Of a stretch of DNA of 64,000 bases, positions 20,209 to 30,567 are shown piece after piece. The position numbers and the translations under genes were made by a program. The notes beneath the pieces were generated by a model. The model did not search any database, was not told the DNA's origin, and saw nothing but the letters and a program-made list of their open reading frames with translations. Source of the stretch: Treponemataceae bacterium. Its GTDB lineage: Bacteria; Spirochaetota; Spirochaetia; Treponematales; Rectinemataceae. The first letter of the stretch is position 1; the number at the start of each line of letters is the position of its first letter. The stretch is taken from positions 1-64,000 of the forward strand of contig CAXXHO010000007.1 of the NCBI GenBank assembly GCA_963667725.2, given 5' to 3'.

Positions 20209-22425
20209 CTACGCGATCGCGCCGCCCGCCAGTCGCACAATAAATCCCACCACCCACGCCAGGGCCAGCGCGTAGCACACCTCGAAGATCATCCATTTGT
20301 CGCCCGCCTCGGCCCTGATCGTCGCCAAGCTCGCGAAGCAGGGCGGCATGATGAGTATGATCGCCATCAGCACCACCGCCGCAAGGGGCGTCATGCCCGG
20401 ATCACGCCTGAGCGCCTCCCTCAGCGAGGCCGTCTCCTCCACGTCGGTCGTGTCCGTGCCGTAGAGGATGCCGAGCGTCGAGACGACCAGCTCCTTGGCG
20501 GCGAAGCCCGGGATCAGGGCGATGCCCACTTTCCAGTTCAAGCCCAGAGGCCGCAGGATTGGCGACATCAGCTTGCCGATCGCGCCTGCCGCGCTCGACT
20601 CGAGGCGGTACTCCTTGAGGGCCGCGTCGACCGCCGCCTTGACGCGCGCCTCGGAAGCGGCGGCAGCATCGGCCCCCGCGGGAACGGTGCCCGCCGCTCC
20701 CGCCTGGCTCACCGAAAGCTCGGCGCGGAGCGCCGCGGCCTTTGCCGGCTCGTCCTTGGGCGCGGGGAAGGTGGTGAGGGCCCAGATCAGGATCGAAGCC
20801 GCCAGGATCACCGTGCCCGCTTTCTTGATGTAGTTGAGGGTCTTGCCCCAGACGTGCCAGAACACGCCGCGCCAGGTCGGCCTGCGGTAGGGCGGCAGCT
20901 CCATCACGAAGGGTGTCGTCTCGCCCCTGAGCACCGTCTTGCGCAGGAAAATCGTGGACGCCAGGGAGAGGAGGACGCCCGCCAGGTAGATGAGCATGAC
21001 GGCATTGTCCGCGTGCGCGGGAAAGAAAGTGCCCGCCAGCAGCACGTAGACCGGCAGCTTGGCGCCGCAGCTCATGAAGGGCACGGCCAGGATCGTCGCG
21101 ATGCGGTCCTTGGGGCTCTTCACCGTGCGCGTGGCCATGATCGCCGGCACGCTGCAGCCGAAACCGAGCATCAGCGGCATGAAGGACTGCCCGTGGAGCC
21201 CAAAGGCGTGCAGGATCTTGTCCGTCAGGAAAGCCGCGCGCGACATGTAGCCGGTATCCTCGAGGATCGAGATGCAGAGGAAGAGGAGCACGATGAGGGG
21301 CACGAAGGAAAAGACGCCGCCCACGCCCTGGATTATTCCGTCCACGACCAGGGAGCGCAGGAGGCCCGCGGGGATGGTCCGCTCCGCGCCCTCCGCCAGC
21401 AGCGTGAAGAGCCGGTCGAGCAGGACGGCCGGGTACTGGCCCAGCGCGAAGGTCAGCTTGAAGATGCCCCAGATGATGAGGAAGAAGATCGGCAAGCCAA
21501 GGACGCGGTTCATCAGGACGCGGTCGATGCGTTCGGTCAGCGGCACCCGGTTGATCGGCACCTGCTTCACCGCCTCCCTGATCGCGCCGCGGATGTAGCC
21601 GTAGCGCTGTTCGGTGACGATGATCTCGGCGTCCCTGCCGAAATGCTTGGCCAGCCACTCCCTGTCGGCCTTGGCCCGCGCGGCGATCTCCGCCCCGCGA
21701 GGGTGGGCGGACAGCTTTTCGCCGGCGTTCGAATCGTTCTCCAGCAGCTTGATGGCCAGCCAGCGCGCGGGATAGCGGCCTGCGAAGGCCTTGTCCGAGG
21801 CTATAGCCTCCGTCAGCGGCCCGAGCCGCGACTCGATCTCGTCGCCGTAGTGGGGCGTCTTCGGCGGGGAGGCCGCCGCGCCTTTCGGCGTTTCCGTCGA
21901 GGCATCCATCGCGGCCGCCGATGCCTCAGCCGCCGATACTTCGGCGAGCACCGCCTCGAGGAGGGCCTCGACGCCCTCGCCGTTCGTCCCCACCGTCTTC
22001 GCGAGGGGAATGCCCAAGGTCTTCGAGAGCAGGGCGGCGTCGATGCGCAGGCCCTTCGCCTCGGCTTCGTCCGACATGTTGAGGGCCCCGACCACCGGGA
22101 TCCCCAGCTCCTGGAACTGCAGGCAAAGGTAAAGATTGCGCTCCAGGTTGGTCGAATCGATCACGTCGACCACGATGTCTGGCCGCTCCTCCAAGAGGAA
22201 ATCGCGCGCCACCACCTCGTCCAGGGAATAGGCGGTCAGGCTGTAGATGCCGGGCAGGTCGATGATCCTGAAGCGCGTGTCGCGGAAATCGTGGATTCCC
22301 TCGCGCTTCTCCACGGTGACGCCGGGATAGTTCCCCACCTTGTGGTGGGCGCCGGTGATGGCGTTGAAGAGGCTGGTCTTGCCCGCATTGGGGTTGCCCG
22401 CGAGGGCGACGCTGATCGTCCTCAT
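20209..22425 (-). CDS. feoB: Ferrous iron transporter FeoB
   Basis: GNPNAGKT, VGNYPGVTVE, DLPGIYSL, GFGCSVPA, PFMSCGA. Confidence 0.95.
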   Translation of the reverse strand: MRTISVALAGNPNAGKTSLFNAITGAHHKVGNYPGVTVEKREGIHDFRDTRFRIIDLPGIYSLTAYSLDEVVARDFLLEERPDIVVDVIDSTNLERNLYLCLQFQELGIPVVGALNMSDEAEAKGLRIDAALLSKTLGIPLAKTVGTNGEGVEALLEAVLAEVSAAEASAAAMDASTETPKGAAASPPKTPHYGDEIESRLGPLTEAIASDKAFAGRYPARWLAIKLLENDSNAGEKLSAHPRGAEIAARAKADREWLAKHFGRDAEIIVTEQRYGYIRGAIREAVKQVPINRVPLTERIDRVLMNRVLGLPIFFLIIWGIFKLTFALGQYPAVLLDRLFTLLAEGAERTIPAGLLRSLVVDGIIQGVGGVFSFVPLIVLLFLCISILEDTGYMSRAAFLTDKILHAFGLHGQSFMPLMLGFGCSVPAIMATRTVKSPKDRIATILAVPFMSCGAKLPVYVLLAGTFFPAHADNAVMLIYLAGVLLSLASTIFLRKTVLRGETTPFVMELPPYRRPTWRGVFWHVWGKTLNYIKKAGTVILAASILIWALTTFPAPKDEPAKAAALRAELSVSQAGAAGTVPAGADAAAASEARVKAAVDAALKEYRLESSAAGAIGKLMSPILRPLGLNWKVGIALIPGFAAKELVVSTLGILYGTDTTDVEETASLREALRRDPGMTPLAAVVLMAIILIMPPCFASLATIRAEAGDKWMIFEVCYALALAWVVGFIVRLAGGAIA

Positions 22426-22883
22426 GCCGACCTGCCCTGGCCGCCGTCCCGCCGCGCCTCGCCGCGCCCGGCCAGGGGGCCGCCGCGACTGCCTGGATCG
22501 CCGCGGCCGCCGCAGCAATCCTGCGGGGCGAAGAGGGCGCGGAGCCCGAAGCCCCGCCCGCGATTCGGCCGGTATCCTCTCCCGGCTCGCCCAGCCCCGA
22601 AGCCACTGCCTCTGCCGCGCCCGCCAGCCACAACCGCCGGGGCTTCCGCGCCGGAGCCGCCGGCCGCCTCCACCTCGATGAGCCGCGCCTCGCTTCTCCG
22701 CACCAAAAGGTCGTAGCCCCTGATGCGGATCTGCACCGGCCCGCGCATGAAGGCGCTGCGCACCAGCTCGCCCTCGGCGCCCTCGGTGAACCCCATATCG
22801 GCGAGGCGCTTGCCTATCTCGCCGCCCACGAGAACTTTTCCCACCCGAAACGAGGCGCCCGGCCTCAACTCCGAAAGCTGCAT
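22422..22883 (-). CDS. feoA: FeoA with Gly/Arg-rich C-terminal tail
   Basis: RLADMGFTEG...GPVQIRIRG...RRSEA; overlaps feoB start. Confidence 0.88.
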   Translation of the reverse strand: MQLSELRPGASFRVGKVLVGGEIGKRLADMGFTEGAEGELVRSAFMRGPVQIRIRGYDLLVRRSEARLIEVEAAGGSGAEAPAVVAGGRGRGSGFGAGRAGRGYRPNRGRGFGLRALFAPQDCCGGRGDPGSRGGPLAGRGEARRDGGQGRSA

Positions 22884-22911
22884 CTATGGCTCCTGTCCGC
22901 TCTTTGCCCTA

Positions 22912-23370
22912 TTATTTCCCGAGCGAGTCGCGCACCGCCCGGGTGCATTCGGCACAGAGCCCTTTGAGCTCCATCATGTGTCCGATAGCCTTGAACCCAT
23001 ACTTCTCGAAGACCCTGTCCTGCGCTTTCTCGATCGCTGGATCGAAAAACTCCACAAGCTTGCCGCAGCGGATGCAGAGGAGATGGTCGTGGTGGCTGTG
23101 CCGGTACGCGTGCTCGTAGCGCCTCGGTCCCTCGTCGGAGCAGGCGCAGGCGTCGCGCGCCAGGCCTGCCTCCTGCAGGAGCTTCAGCGTGCGGAAGACC
23201 GTCGCCTGGCCTATGCCCGGATCGATGCGCCGCGCCGCGTCGAAGACATCCTCCGCGCTCAGGTGGCCCTCGGTCGCCAAAAAGGCCTGGAGCACCGTCT
23301 CCCGCGGGGAGGTCATCTTCAGGTCCTTTGTCCGCAGGTAACGTTCGAACAGTTCGCGTTCTTCGTTCAT
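22912..23370 (-). CDS. fur: Fur-family regulator
   Basis: HLSAEDV, ATVFRTL, HHDHLLCIRCG, CAEC. Confidence 0.88.
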   Translation of the reverse strand: MNEERELFERYLRTKDLKMTSPRETVLQAFLATEGHLSAEDVFDAARRIDPGIGQATVFRTLKLLQEAGLARDACACSDEGPRRYEHAYRHSHHDHLLCIRCGKLVEFFDPAIEKAQDRVFEKYGFKAIGHMMELKGLCAECTRAVRDSLGK

Positions 23371-23391
23371 GTCCACCCCTCGATGTTGATA

Positions 23392-23408
23392 TTGATAATC
23401 ATTATCAA
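23392..23408. promoter_or_regulatory. Fur box
   Basis: TTGATAAT-C-ATTATCAA directly upstream of fur-feoAB. Confidence 0.85.
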
Positions 23409-23495
23409 CAAAACTGTCAAGAGGTACCCTATCTTTATATGGTTGCTTCGCTGCTTCCCAGAGAAACTTCACAGCTTTCTTTTCTAGATTGAGAA

Positions 23496-24581
23496 CTAAA
23501 ATAATGACTTCTGCAAGTTATTTTTTTCTTGAGATAATGCGCGAACGATCATATGCTGAACTTTTTCAGCTACATGAATTGTTGTCAGCTTAGTATTTGG
23601 ATAAGTATTAGGAAAGACTCTAAATAGCTCATCCGCAAAAGCTTGCCCAATTTCAGAAACACCATCAAAGTCCAGTACTACATCTTGAAATTTCTCAAAG
23701 CGCATGACAAGACGTTTTGCCTGTGATCGAGAAATTAGCATTTCCCCTTCATATTGGGCTAGCTTAACCGGTACTATAGTCTTTGAAAAACTAAAGTCTT
23801 CAGGATTTGAATACTCACTAAAAATGTCTTTTGATTTTCTCGTAGAATCATTATCCAGTTGCAGAAATACAGTTGTACCCTTTTTTTCAGTTTCTGCTTC
23901 AAGGCAAAAATTATCTATACAATCATTTGAATGGCCAAATCTTAACTTATCTGAGACAATTATAAAAACGTCAAACATTTTCGAGGAAAAGAAGATTCCT
24001 TCTCCTGTATGAGTGTTAGGGTCTGTAGTCAATTTTCCTTTTGCTAATTCTAATATTGATTCCCGTGGATCATAAAGGTTAAATGCCTTTTGAATTTTAA
24101 GAAAAATTCCTTCTCCGACATCTTCAATCGTTGCTGTTGTATAAAGAGCGTTTCTCCATACAGTTATACTAACGATCTCTGAATTTGAATGATCAATAGC
24201 ATTATTTACCATCTCTGTAATTCCATATTGCCATATAGTCTGTACATTCTTTGGTAAATCGCTTAATTGATTTGCAAATAGCTCACGCCAGACGATATTT
24301 TCATCGAGGTCCCTTACTTGATAATTCTTTGTATTGACATATTGATTTTCAAGTTGAAAAGTTTTTGCGCGTGTTTGGCCAGTAGAGCTAATTATGCCCT
24401 CGGTAATTAGTCTAGAAACATATTTTCTTGCAGCTTCACGAGAAATACTAAACTGTTGCGCTAATTCTGATATTAATCCTTTTTGCGGAGTTCTTAATAG
24501 TCGAATAGCCTGTTGTCTTATAGCTTTTTTGTCAACTTTCACGCCCTTTATTGTCAACTTTTTATCAAGTTTTGTCAACAT
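23496..24581 (-). CDS. HTH + HATPase + STAS-like (DUF4325-type) protein
   Basis: TEMVNNAIDHS, DVGEGI, GEGIFF, LDFDGVSEIGQAFADELF; AT-rich; true start may be GTG 24542. Confidence 0.75.
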   Translation of the reverse strand: MLTKLDKKLTIKGVKVDKKAIRQQAIRLLRTPQKGLISELAQQFSISREAARKYVSRLITEGIISSTGQTRAKTFQLENQYVNTKNYQVRDLDENIVWRELFANQLSDLPKNVQTIWQYGITEMVNNAIDHSNSEIVSITVWRNALYTTATIEDVGEGIFLKIQKAFNLYDPRESILELAKGKLTTDPNTHTGEGIFFSSKMFDVFIIVSDKLRFGHSNDCIDNFCLEAETEKKGTTVFLQLDNDSTRKSKDIFSEYSNPEDFSFSKTIVPVKLAQYEGEMLISRSQAKRLVMRFEKFQDVVLDFDGVSEIGQAFADELFRVFPNTYPNTKLTTIHVAEKVQHMIVRALSQEKNNLQKSLF

Positions 24582-24707
24582 TTTTGCATAAGATTAGGAT
24601 GCTATTTTAGGTGATTTCTTGCAAAAGCTTCTGATAATGAAAATAAGTTAATTCATTTATTATATGTTACTTAACATGCCTTTATTACTGATATCTAGCA
24701 TTAAAGT

Positions 24708-24971
24708 TCAGACCTTCTTCTCGAGCTTTCTGTTTCGGAACCAGAGCGCGGTGTCGACGCCCACCATGGCGAAATTGAGGACGTACAGGTAGACGACGTT
24801 GTCGAAACGGTAGAAGAGCTTGTTGGCGATGCCGGCGAGATAGCCGATGAGCACGATGAAAAGAAAGAAGACACTCTTGCCGCCCGTCGCGCGGGAGCGG
24901 CAGGAACGGTAGATGGAAAAGGGCCAGGCTGCCCCGAAGCATACCAACATGACGATTTCGAAGATGCTCAT
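24708..24971 (-). CDS. Small 3-TM membrane protein (PQ-loop/SemiSWEET-like)
   Basis: MLVCFGAAWPFSIYRS...GKSVFF. Confidence 0.65.
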   Translation of the reverse strand: MSIFEIVMLVCFGAAWPFSIYRSCRSRATGGKSVFFLFIVLIGYLAGIANKLFYRFDNVVYLYVLNFAMVGVDTALWFRNRKLEKKV

Positions 24972-25135
24972 GAGCTTCACTCTATCGATGCGGCTCGAGC
25001 GCGCCAAGCGGGGCGTGGGCCCAGCCCGCCGCCCAGTCCGCGGCACTGCGCGCCGCTCTGCCCGCAGCCGTTTCGCCTCGCGCCTCGCGGGCTTCGGCCA
25101 TTGCCCAATCCGAAAGCTTGCTTTACAATCCTTCC

Positions 25136-25648
25136 ATGGAAAAGCGCTATTTCTCCTACCAGGAAATACACAAGACGGCGAAAAGCATGGCTGAGCGCAT
25201 CGCCGCCGCGGGCTTCCAGCCCGACGTCATCGTGGCGATCGGCACCGGGGGCTTCATCCCCGCCCGCATCATCAGGACCTTTCTGGGCGCCCCGATCCTC
25301 GCGGTCGGCATCGCCTACTACGACGCCAACGACAAGCCCACGGAATTCCCGCGCAAGGTCCAGTGGATCGAGGAAGCCGAGCGCCAGCTGGCCGGCAGGA
25401 AGATCCTCCTCATCGACGAGGTGGACGATTCGCGCACGACCCTCGAGTACTGCATCCGGGAACTCCTGAAGCACAAGCCGGCCGAGATCGCCGTGTCCGT
25501 CCTCCACAACAAGAACAAGCACAAACGGGGCGCCATCCCCCAGGAAGTCAAGCATTATATCGTCGGCGAGGAGCTGGACGATGTCTGGATCGTCTATCCC
25601 TGGGACGCCAAGGACATCGACTTCCACGATTCCATGGCCAGGCGCTGA
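25136..25648 (+). CDS. Type I phosphoribosyltransferase (purine salvage-like)
   Basis: IGTGGFIPARI, PRPP loop ILLIDEVDDSRTT, WIVYPW. Confidence 0.88.
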   Translation: MEKRYFSYQEIHKTAKSMAERIAAAGFQPDVIVAIGTGGFIPARIIRTFLGAPILAVGIAYYDANDKPTEFPRKVQWIEEAERQLAGRKILLIDEVDDSRTTLEYCIRELLKHKPAEIAVSVLHNKNKHKRGAIPQEVKHYIVGEELDDVWIVYPWDAKDIDFHDSMARR

Positions 25649-25659
25649 AGGCTGTCCGA

Positions 25660-25863
25660 TCAACCCCCGCTTATCAAATGGAAGATTTCGAGCTCATCGC
25701 CATGGGAAACGGGGGTGGTTTCGCGGCGCTCGCGCTCGACCAGGCGGCCGTTCAGCTTGGTGATGATGTGGGGGAAAGTATATCTTCGGCGCCTTATGAT
25801 CTCGGCGACGCTGAGTTCGGTTTCCGGATATTCCTCTTTCTCGAAGTTGACCGTCACGACCAT
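25660..25863 (-). CDS. ThiS/MoaD-family sulfur carrier
   Basis: 67 aa ending in ISGG. Confidence 0.8.
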   Translation of the reverse strand: MVVTVNFEKEEYPETELSVAEIIRRRRYTFPHIITKLNGRLVERERRETTPVSHGDELEIFHLISGG

Positions 25864-25958
25864 GTTTCATCCTACCTCGGCGTAACCTCCGGACGCAAGC
25901 TGGCGCCATGGGCGGCCCCTGCCGCGCCGCCGGCGACCGAAAACCCGTGCAGAGAATT

Positions 25959-25997
25959 TATGCATTATTATGCAAAACACATGCATAACTATTGTAT
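25959..25997. promoter_or_regulatory. Tandem ARG-box-like operator
   Basis: TGCATTATTATGCA and TGCATAACTATTGT cores 21 bp apart. Confidence 0.55.
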
Positions 25998-26140
25998 ATC
26001 GAGCGATCCCATCATTGACACTGTATTCGAAATATCGTATCTTCGCAAAGAAATAACGGCGCCGACGCCAGCGAGACGTCCCCGCCGCGGCGGTATGCGC
26101 CTCTCATAAGCGTTATCGCCCAAAACCAAGGAGTAACGCA

Positions 26141-26905
26141 ATGAAGAAATCCTGGTCCGCTCCCGTCGCCTTTGTCCTGCTCGCGGCCCTCGTTGTCATC
26201 GGCTCTGCGAGCCTCTCTTCCTGCGCCAAGAAACCCGCCAAGATCGTCGTCGCCTCGGACGCCACCTGGCCTCCCATGGAGTTCGTCGACGCGAACAAGA
26301 ACGTCGTCGGCTTCGACGTCGACCTCGTCAACGAGATCGCCAAGGCAGCCGGCTTCGAAGTCGAAATCAAGAACACCGCCTGGGACGGCATCTTCGCCGG
26401 CCTCGCCGCGGGCAACTACCAGGCCGTCGCCTCCTCCGTCACCATCACCGACGAGCGCAAGGCCACCATGGACTTCTCTGAAGGCTACGTCAACGCCGGC
26501 CAGGTCCTCGTCGTAAAGAAGGAGACCACCGGAGTCGCCACCCTCGCCGACCTCGTCGGCAAGAAAGTAGGCGCCCAGATCGGCACCACCGGCGCCATCG
26601 AGATCGGCAAGGTCGCCGGCGTCGAACTCAAGACCTACGACGAAGTCGGCCTCGCCTTCGAGGACCTCGCCAACGGCAACATCGTGGGCGTCGTCGCCGA
26701 CTCCCCCATCGCCGCCAACTTCGCCCTCCAGAACCCCACCTACAAGGACAAGCTCATGATCGTCGGCAAGCCCTTCACGGACGAGTGGCTCGGCTTCGCC
26801 TTCAAGAAGGGCGACGCCAAGACCGCCAAGCTCTTCGCCGACGGACTCGCGAAAGTCAAAGCCTCCGGCAAGCTTGACGAACTCACGACGAAATGGCTCA
26901 AATAG
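26141..26905 (+). CDS. Polar amino-acid ABC substrate-binding lipoprotein
   Basis: Lipobox LSSC; DATWPPMEF, GFDVDL, ITDERK. Confidence 0.9.
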   Translation: MKKSWSAPVAFVLLAALVVIGSASLSSCAKKPAKIVVASDATWPPMEFVDANKNVVGFDVDLVNEIAKAAGFEVEIKNTAWDGIFAGLAAGNYQAVASSVTITDERKATMDFSEGYVNAGQVLVVKKETTGVATLADLVGKKVGAQIGTTGAIEIGKVAGVELKTYDEVGLAFEDLANGNIVGVVADSPIAANFALQNPTYKDKLMIVGKPFTDEWLGFAFKKGDAKTAKLFADGLAKVKASGKLDELTTKWLK

Positions 26906-26909
26906 CATC

Positions 26910-27734
26910 ATGAGTAAAGGCTCTCCGAGTCGCGGCCGGGAGGATCAAACCGCCGGCCGGACGACGATAAACGTCACCGATGGCACCCTCATCCCCTCCA
27001 AGGATGAGGGCGGCCTGCTCTCCTCCTGGAATATCGCTTTCTTCGGGGCGGTCGCCCTCCTGGTCGTGCTTCCCCTGATAAGCCCCGATCCCTATCTGCG
27101 AATACTCTCCTTCGTTCCCGACGGCCTCGTGGCGACCTTCTCCGTAACCCTCATATCCATCGCCTTCGCGCTCATGATCGGCCTCTTCGCGGGGCTCGGG
27201 CGCATTTCGCAGCGCAAGGCCGTCAACCGCATAGCGACGATCTATGTCGAGGTGATCCGCGGCATCCCCCTCCTGGTCCAGCTCTTCTACATTTACTACG
27301 CGCTGGGACCACTCCTCAAGCTGCAGGGACCGCCCGCGGCCATCCTCGCCATGTCGATCTGCTACGGCGCCTACATGGCGGAGATTTTCCGCGCCGGCAT
27401 CCAGTCCATCCCCAAGGGGCAGATGGAGGCGGCGCTCGCCCTCGGCATGTCCCGGGGTCTCGCCCTGCGCAAGATCATCATTCCCCAGACGGTCAAGGTC
27501 ATCCTGCCCCCGATCGGGAACGAATTCATCGCCCTGCTCAAAGATTCGTCGCTCGTCTCCATCCTCGCGGTCTCGGATCTCCTCCGCCGCGGGCGCGAGT
27601 ACGCGTCGACCTCCTTCCGCTATTTCGAGAGCTACACGGTCATCGCGCTGATCTACCTCGTGATGACTCTCTTCTTCTCGCGCGTCGTCGCGTTCATGGA
27701 AGAAAAGCTGAGGCACCGTGGAAACGTACATTGA
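26910..27734 (+). CDS. Amino-acid ABC permease
   Basis: [40 protein letters not shown]. Confidence 0.92.
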   Translation: MSKGSPSRGREDQTAGRTTINVTDGTLIPSKDEGGLLSSWNIAFFGAVALLVVLPLISPDPYLRILSFVPDGLVATFSVTLISIAFALMIGLFAGLGRISQRKAVNRIATIYVEVIRGIPLLVQLFYIYYALGPLLKLQGPPAAILAMSICYGAYMAEIFRAGIQSIPKGQMEAALALGMSRGLALRKIIIPQTVKVILPPIGNEFIALLKDSSLVSILAVSDLLRRGREYASTSFRYFESYTVIALIYLVMTLFFSRVVAFMEEKLRHRGNVH

Positions 27735-28452
27735 GATAAAGAACGCCGTCAAAACTTTCGGCGGCACCGTCCAAGCCCTCCGCGGGGTCGACCTCACCGT
27801 CAAGAAAGGCGAGGTCGTCCTCATCATCGGCCCCTCCGGCTCGGGCAAGAGCACCCTCCTGCGCTCCGTCAACCGCCTCGAGCGCCTCGATTCGGGCACC
27901 ATCCTCATCGACGGCGAGTGCGTCACCGACGAGAAGGCCGACATCCGCCACATCCGCGAGGAAGTGGGCATGGTCTTCCAGAGTTTCAACCTCTTCCCCC
28001 ACCTGAGCGTGCTGGACAACATAACGCTCTCCCCGACCCTCGTGCTCAAGCAGGGCAAGGAAGAGGCGGTGGCCACGGCGCGCAGGCTCCTGGCCAAGGT
28101 CGGCCTCTCCGAGAAGGAGACCGCCTGGCCCGAGCAGCTCTCCGGCGGCCAGCAGCAGCGCGTCGCCATAGCCCGCGCCCTGGCCATGAACCCCAAGGTG
28201 ATGCTCTTCGACGAGCCCACCAGCGCCCTCGACCCCGAAATGATCAAGGAAGTCCTCGACGTCATGACCGACCTGGCCAAGGAAGGCATGACCATGCTGG
28301 TCGTCTCCCACGAGATGGGCTTCGCGAGGGCAGCCGCGCACCGGATCATCTTCATGGACGCCGGCCAGATCGTCGAGGAAGCCCCGCCCGAGACCTTCTT
28401 CACCTCGCCGCGCGAAGACCGCACGCGGCGCTTCCTGGAGCACATCCTGTAA
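27718..28452 (+). CDS. Amino-acid ABC ATPase (GlnQ-like)
   Basis: [28 protein letters not shown]. Confidence 0.92.
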   Translation: METYIEIKNAVKTFGGTVQALRGVDLTVKKGEVVLIIGPSGSGKSTLLRSVNRLERLDSGTILIDGECVTDEKADIRHIREEVGMVFQSFNLFPHLSVLDNITLSPTLVLKQGKEEAVATARRLLAKVGLSEKETAWPEQLSGGQQQRVAIARALAMNPKVMLFDEPTSALDPEMIKEVLDVMTDLAKEGMTMLVVSHEMGFARAAAHRIIFMDAGQIVEEAPPETFFTSPREDRTRRFLEHIL

Positions 28453-28637
28453 ATTCCTGCCGGATACTGCGATCCCGTCGATTTTCACGTCAGGTTTCGC
28501 GCGCCGGGCCGCGGCCCAATCCTGTAGATCCTGTCGAGCTTCGCGCCCCTCTGGTCCCGCACCGGGGGGAGCGGGGCTAGACACAAAATGGATAATTTGT
28601 TATCTATATATTCAACCCCAATTTTCAGGAGTATTGG

Positions 28638-30371
28638 ATGACCAAAAGAACTCTCTGGTCGGCCCTTCTGGGCCTCTTGGCGGCGCTGTCGCTTGTAGCC
28701 TGCGCCACGACGCCCGTCTTCACCGCGGGCACCTATATCGGCATCGGCAAAGGCCACGGCGGCGACATCAAGGTCGCGGTCACGGTGAGCGCGACGAAAG
28801 TGCTCAAGATAGAGCTGCTGCAGAGCGGCGAGACCGCCGGCATCGGCGACGCGGCTTTCAAGGAGCTATCGGAGCGCGTCATGAAGGCGAACAGCGCCAA
28901 TGTCGATGTCGTGGCCGGCGCCTCCGAATCCTCGGGCGGCATTCTCGAGGCCATAAAGAACGCGTTGAACCAGGCCGGCTTCAAGGGCGCGCCGGTGGCG
29001 GGCGCGGCCGCCGCCTCGGCCAAGGCGCCGGCGAAGTCATACGACGTCGTGATCATCGGCGCGGGCGGCGCCGGTCTCTCCGCGGCCAACGCTGCCGCCG
29101 CGGCGGGCGTTTCCGTCGCGGTCTTCGAGAAGATGGGCATCGTGGGCGGCAACACCCTCCGCGCCACCGGCGGCCTCAACGCCGCGGGCACCAAGGAGCA
29201 GGCCGCCGCGGGCATCAAGGACAGCGTCGAGCTCTTCTTCCAGGACACCATGAAGGGCGGCTACAACAAGAACGACCCCTCCCTCGTGCGCACCCTCGCG
29301 GAGCAGGGCGCGGCGACGGTCGCCTGGCTCGAGTCCCTCGGCGCCGACCTCTCGGACGTCGGCAGGCTCGCTGGCGCCTCGGTCAACCGCGCCCATCGGC
29401 CGGTCGGCGGCGCCCCCGTCGGCCCCGAGGTGGTGAAGACCCTGAAAGGCGCCGCTGACAAACAAACCGGCATCGCCATCTTCACGGGCGCCAAGGTCCA
29501 GGAGATACTCCTCGACAAAGCCGGCGCGGCATCCGGCGTCCGCGTCGCCATCGGCGGCAAGGACTACAAAGTCTCCGCCAAGGCGGTCATCCTCACCGCC
29601 GGCGGCTTCGCCGCCAACAACGAGATGGTCGCCTCCTATCAGCCCTCGCTCCGCGGCTTCGCCACGACCAACCACTCGGGCGCAACGGGCGACGGCATCG
29701 TCATGGCCGAGAAGATCGGCGCCGCCCTCGTCGACATGAAGGAAATCCAGACCCACCCGACTTACGCCCCCGGCAAGGAAATGATCACCGAAGCCGTCCG
29801 CGGCAACGGCGCCATCCTAGTCGGCCACGAAGGAAAGCGCTTCATCAACGAGCTCGAGACCCGCGACGTGGTCTCCGCCGCCGTCCTCGCCCAGAAGGGC
29901 AAGACCGCCTTCCTCGTCTTTGACCAGTCCGTCCGCAAGAGCCTCAAGGCTATCGAGGATTACGTCAGGATGGGCATCGTCGCCGAAGGCGCCACGCCCG
30001 CCGCGCTCGCCGCCAAGATCGGCGTCCCCGCCGACGCCCTCGCGGCGACCCTGGCCCGCTACAACGCGGCCGTGGCCGCCAAGGCCGACCCCGACTTCAA
30101 GCGCGCCGACATGCCGCGCGCCCTCGCGACCGGCCCCTTCTACAGCATCGAGATCACGCCGGCCGTCCACCACACCATGGGCGGCGTAAAGATCGACACC
30201 TCGGCGCGCGTCATCTCCGCCGCGGGCAAGCCCATCGCCGGCCTCTGGGCCGCGGGCGAGGTCACCGGCGGCGTCCACGGCGGCAACCGCCTGGGCGGCA
30301 ACGCCATGGCCGACATCACCGTCTTCGGGCGCATCGCGGGCGCGAACGCCGCCGCTTCCATCAAAAAATAA
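28638..30371 (+). CDS. Lipoprotein flavocytochrome-c/fumarate reductase-like with N-terminal FMN-binding domain
   Basis: LVAC lipobox, DVVAGAS, GAGGAG, QTHPT, TEAVRG, HHTMGG, NRLGGN. Confidence 0.85.
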   Translation: MTKRTLWSALLGLLAALSLVACATTPVFTAGTYIGIGKGHGGDIKVAVTVSATKVLKIELLQSGETAGIGDAAFKELSERVMKANSANVDVVAGASESSGGILEAIKNALNQAGFKGAPVAGAAAASAKAPAKSYDVVIIGAGGAGLSAANAAAAAGVSVAVFEKMGIVGGNTLRATGGLNAAGTKEQAAAGIKDSVELFFQDTMKGGYNKNDPSLVRTLAEQGAATVAWLESLGADLSDVGRLAGASVNRAHRPVGGAPVGPEVVKTLKGAADKQTGIAIFTGAKVQEILLDKAGAASGVRVAIGGKDYKVSAKAVILTAGGFAANNEMVASYQPSLRGFATTNHSGATGDGIVMAEKIGAALVDMKEIQTHPTYAPGKEMITEAVRGNGAILVGHEGKRFINELETRDVVSAAVLAQKGKTAFLVFDQSVRKSLKAIEDYVRMGIVAEGATPAALAAKIGVPADALAATLARYNAAVAAKADPDFKRADMPRALATGPFYSIEITPAVHHTMGGVKIDTSARVISAAGKPIAGLWAAGEVTGGVHGGNRLGGNAMADITVFGRIAGANAAASIKK

Positions 30372-30386
30372 ACGATACTGAACATT

Positions 30387-30429
30387 CCCCGGGGCATTCG
30401 GCCGAGCGGCCGTCGCCCCGGGGCTTTTT
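30387..30429 (+). terminator. Intrinsic terminator
   Basis: CCCCGGGGC...GCCCCGGGG stem followed by T run. Confidence 0.55.
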
Positions 30430-30567
30430 CGGCCGATCTCGCCTGGCTCAGCCATTCCCGTCCGCCGCCAGATTGCCCGACGTCTTTCGTTGCCCACTAC
30501 CCGGATCCGTACTATAATGGCGTTCGACTGCCCCCAAGCCTTGGCGGTACAAGGAGGAGCCTCCCCC

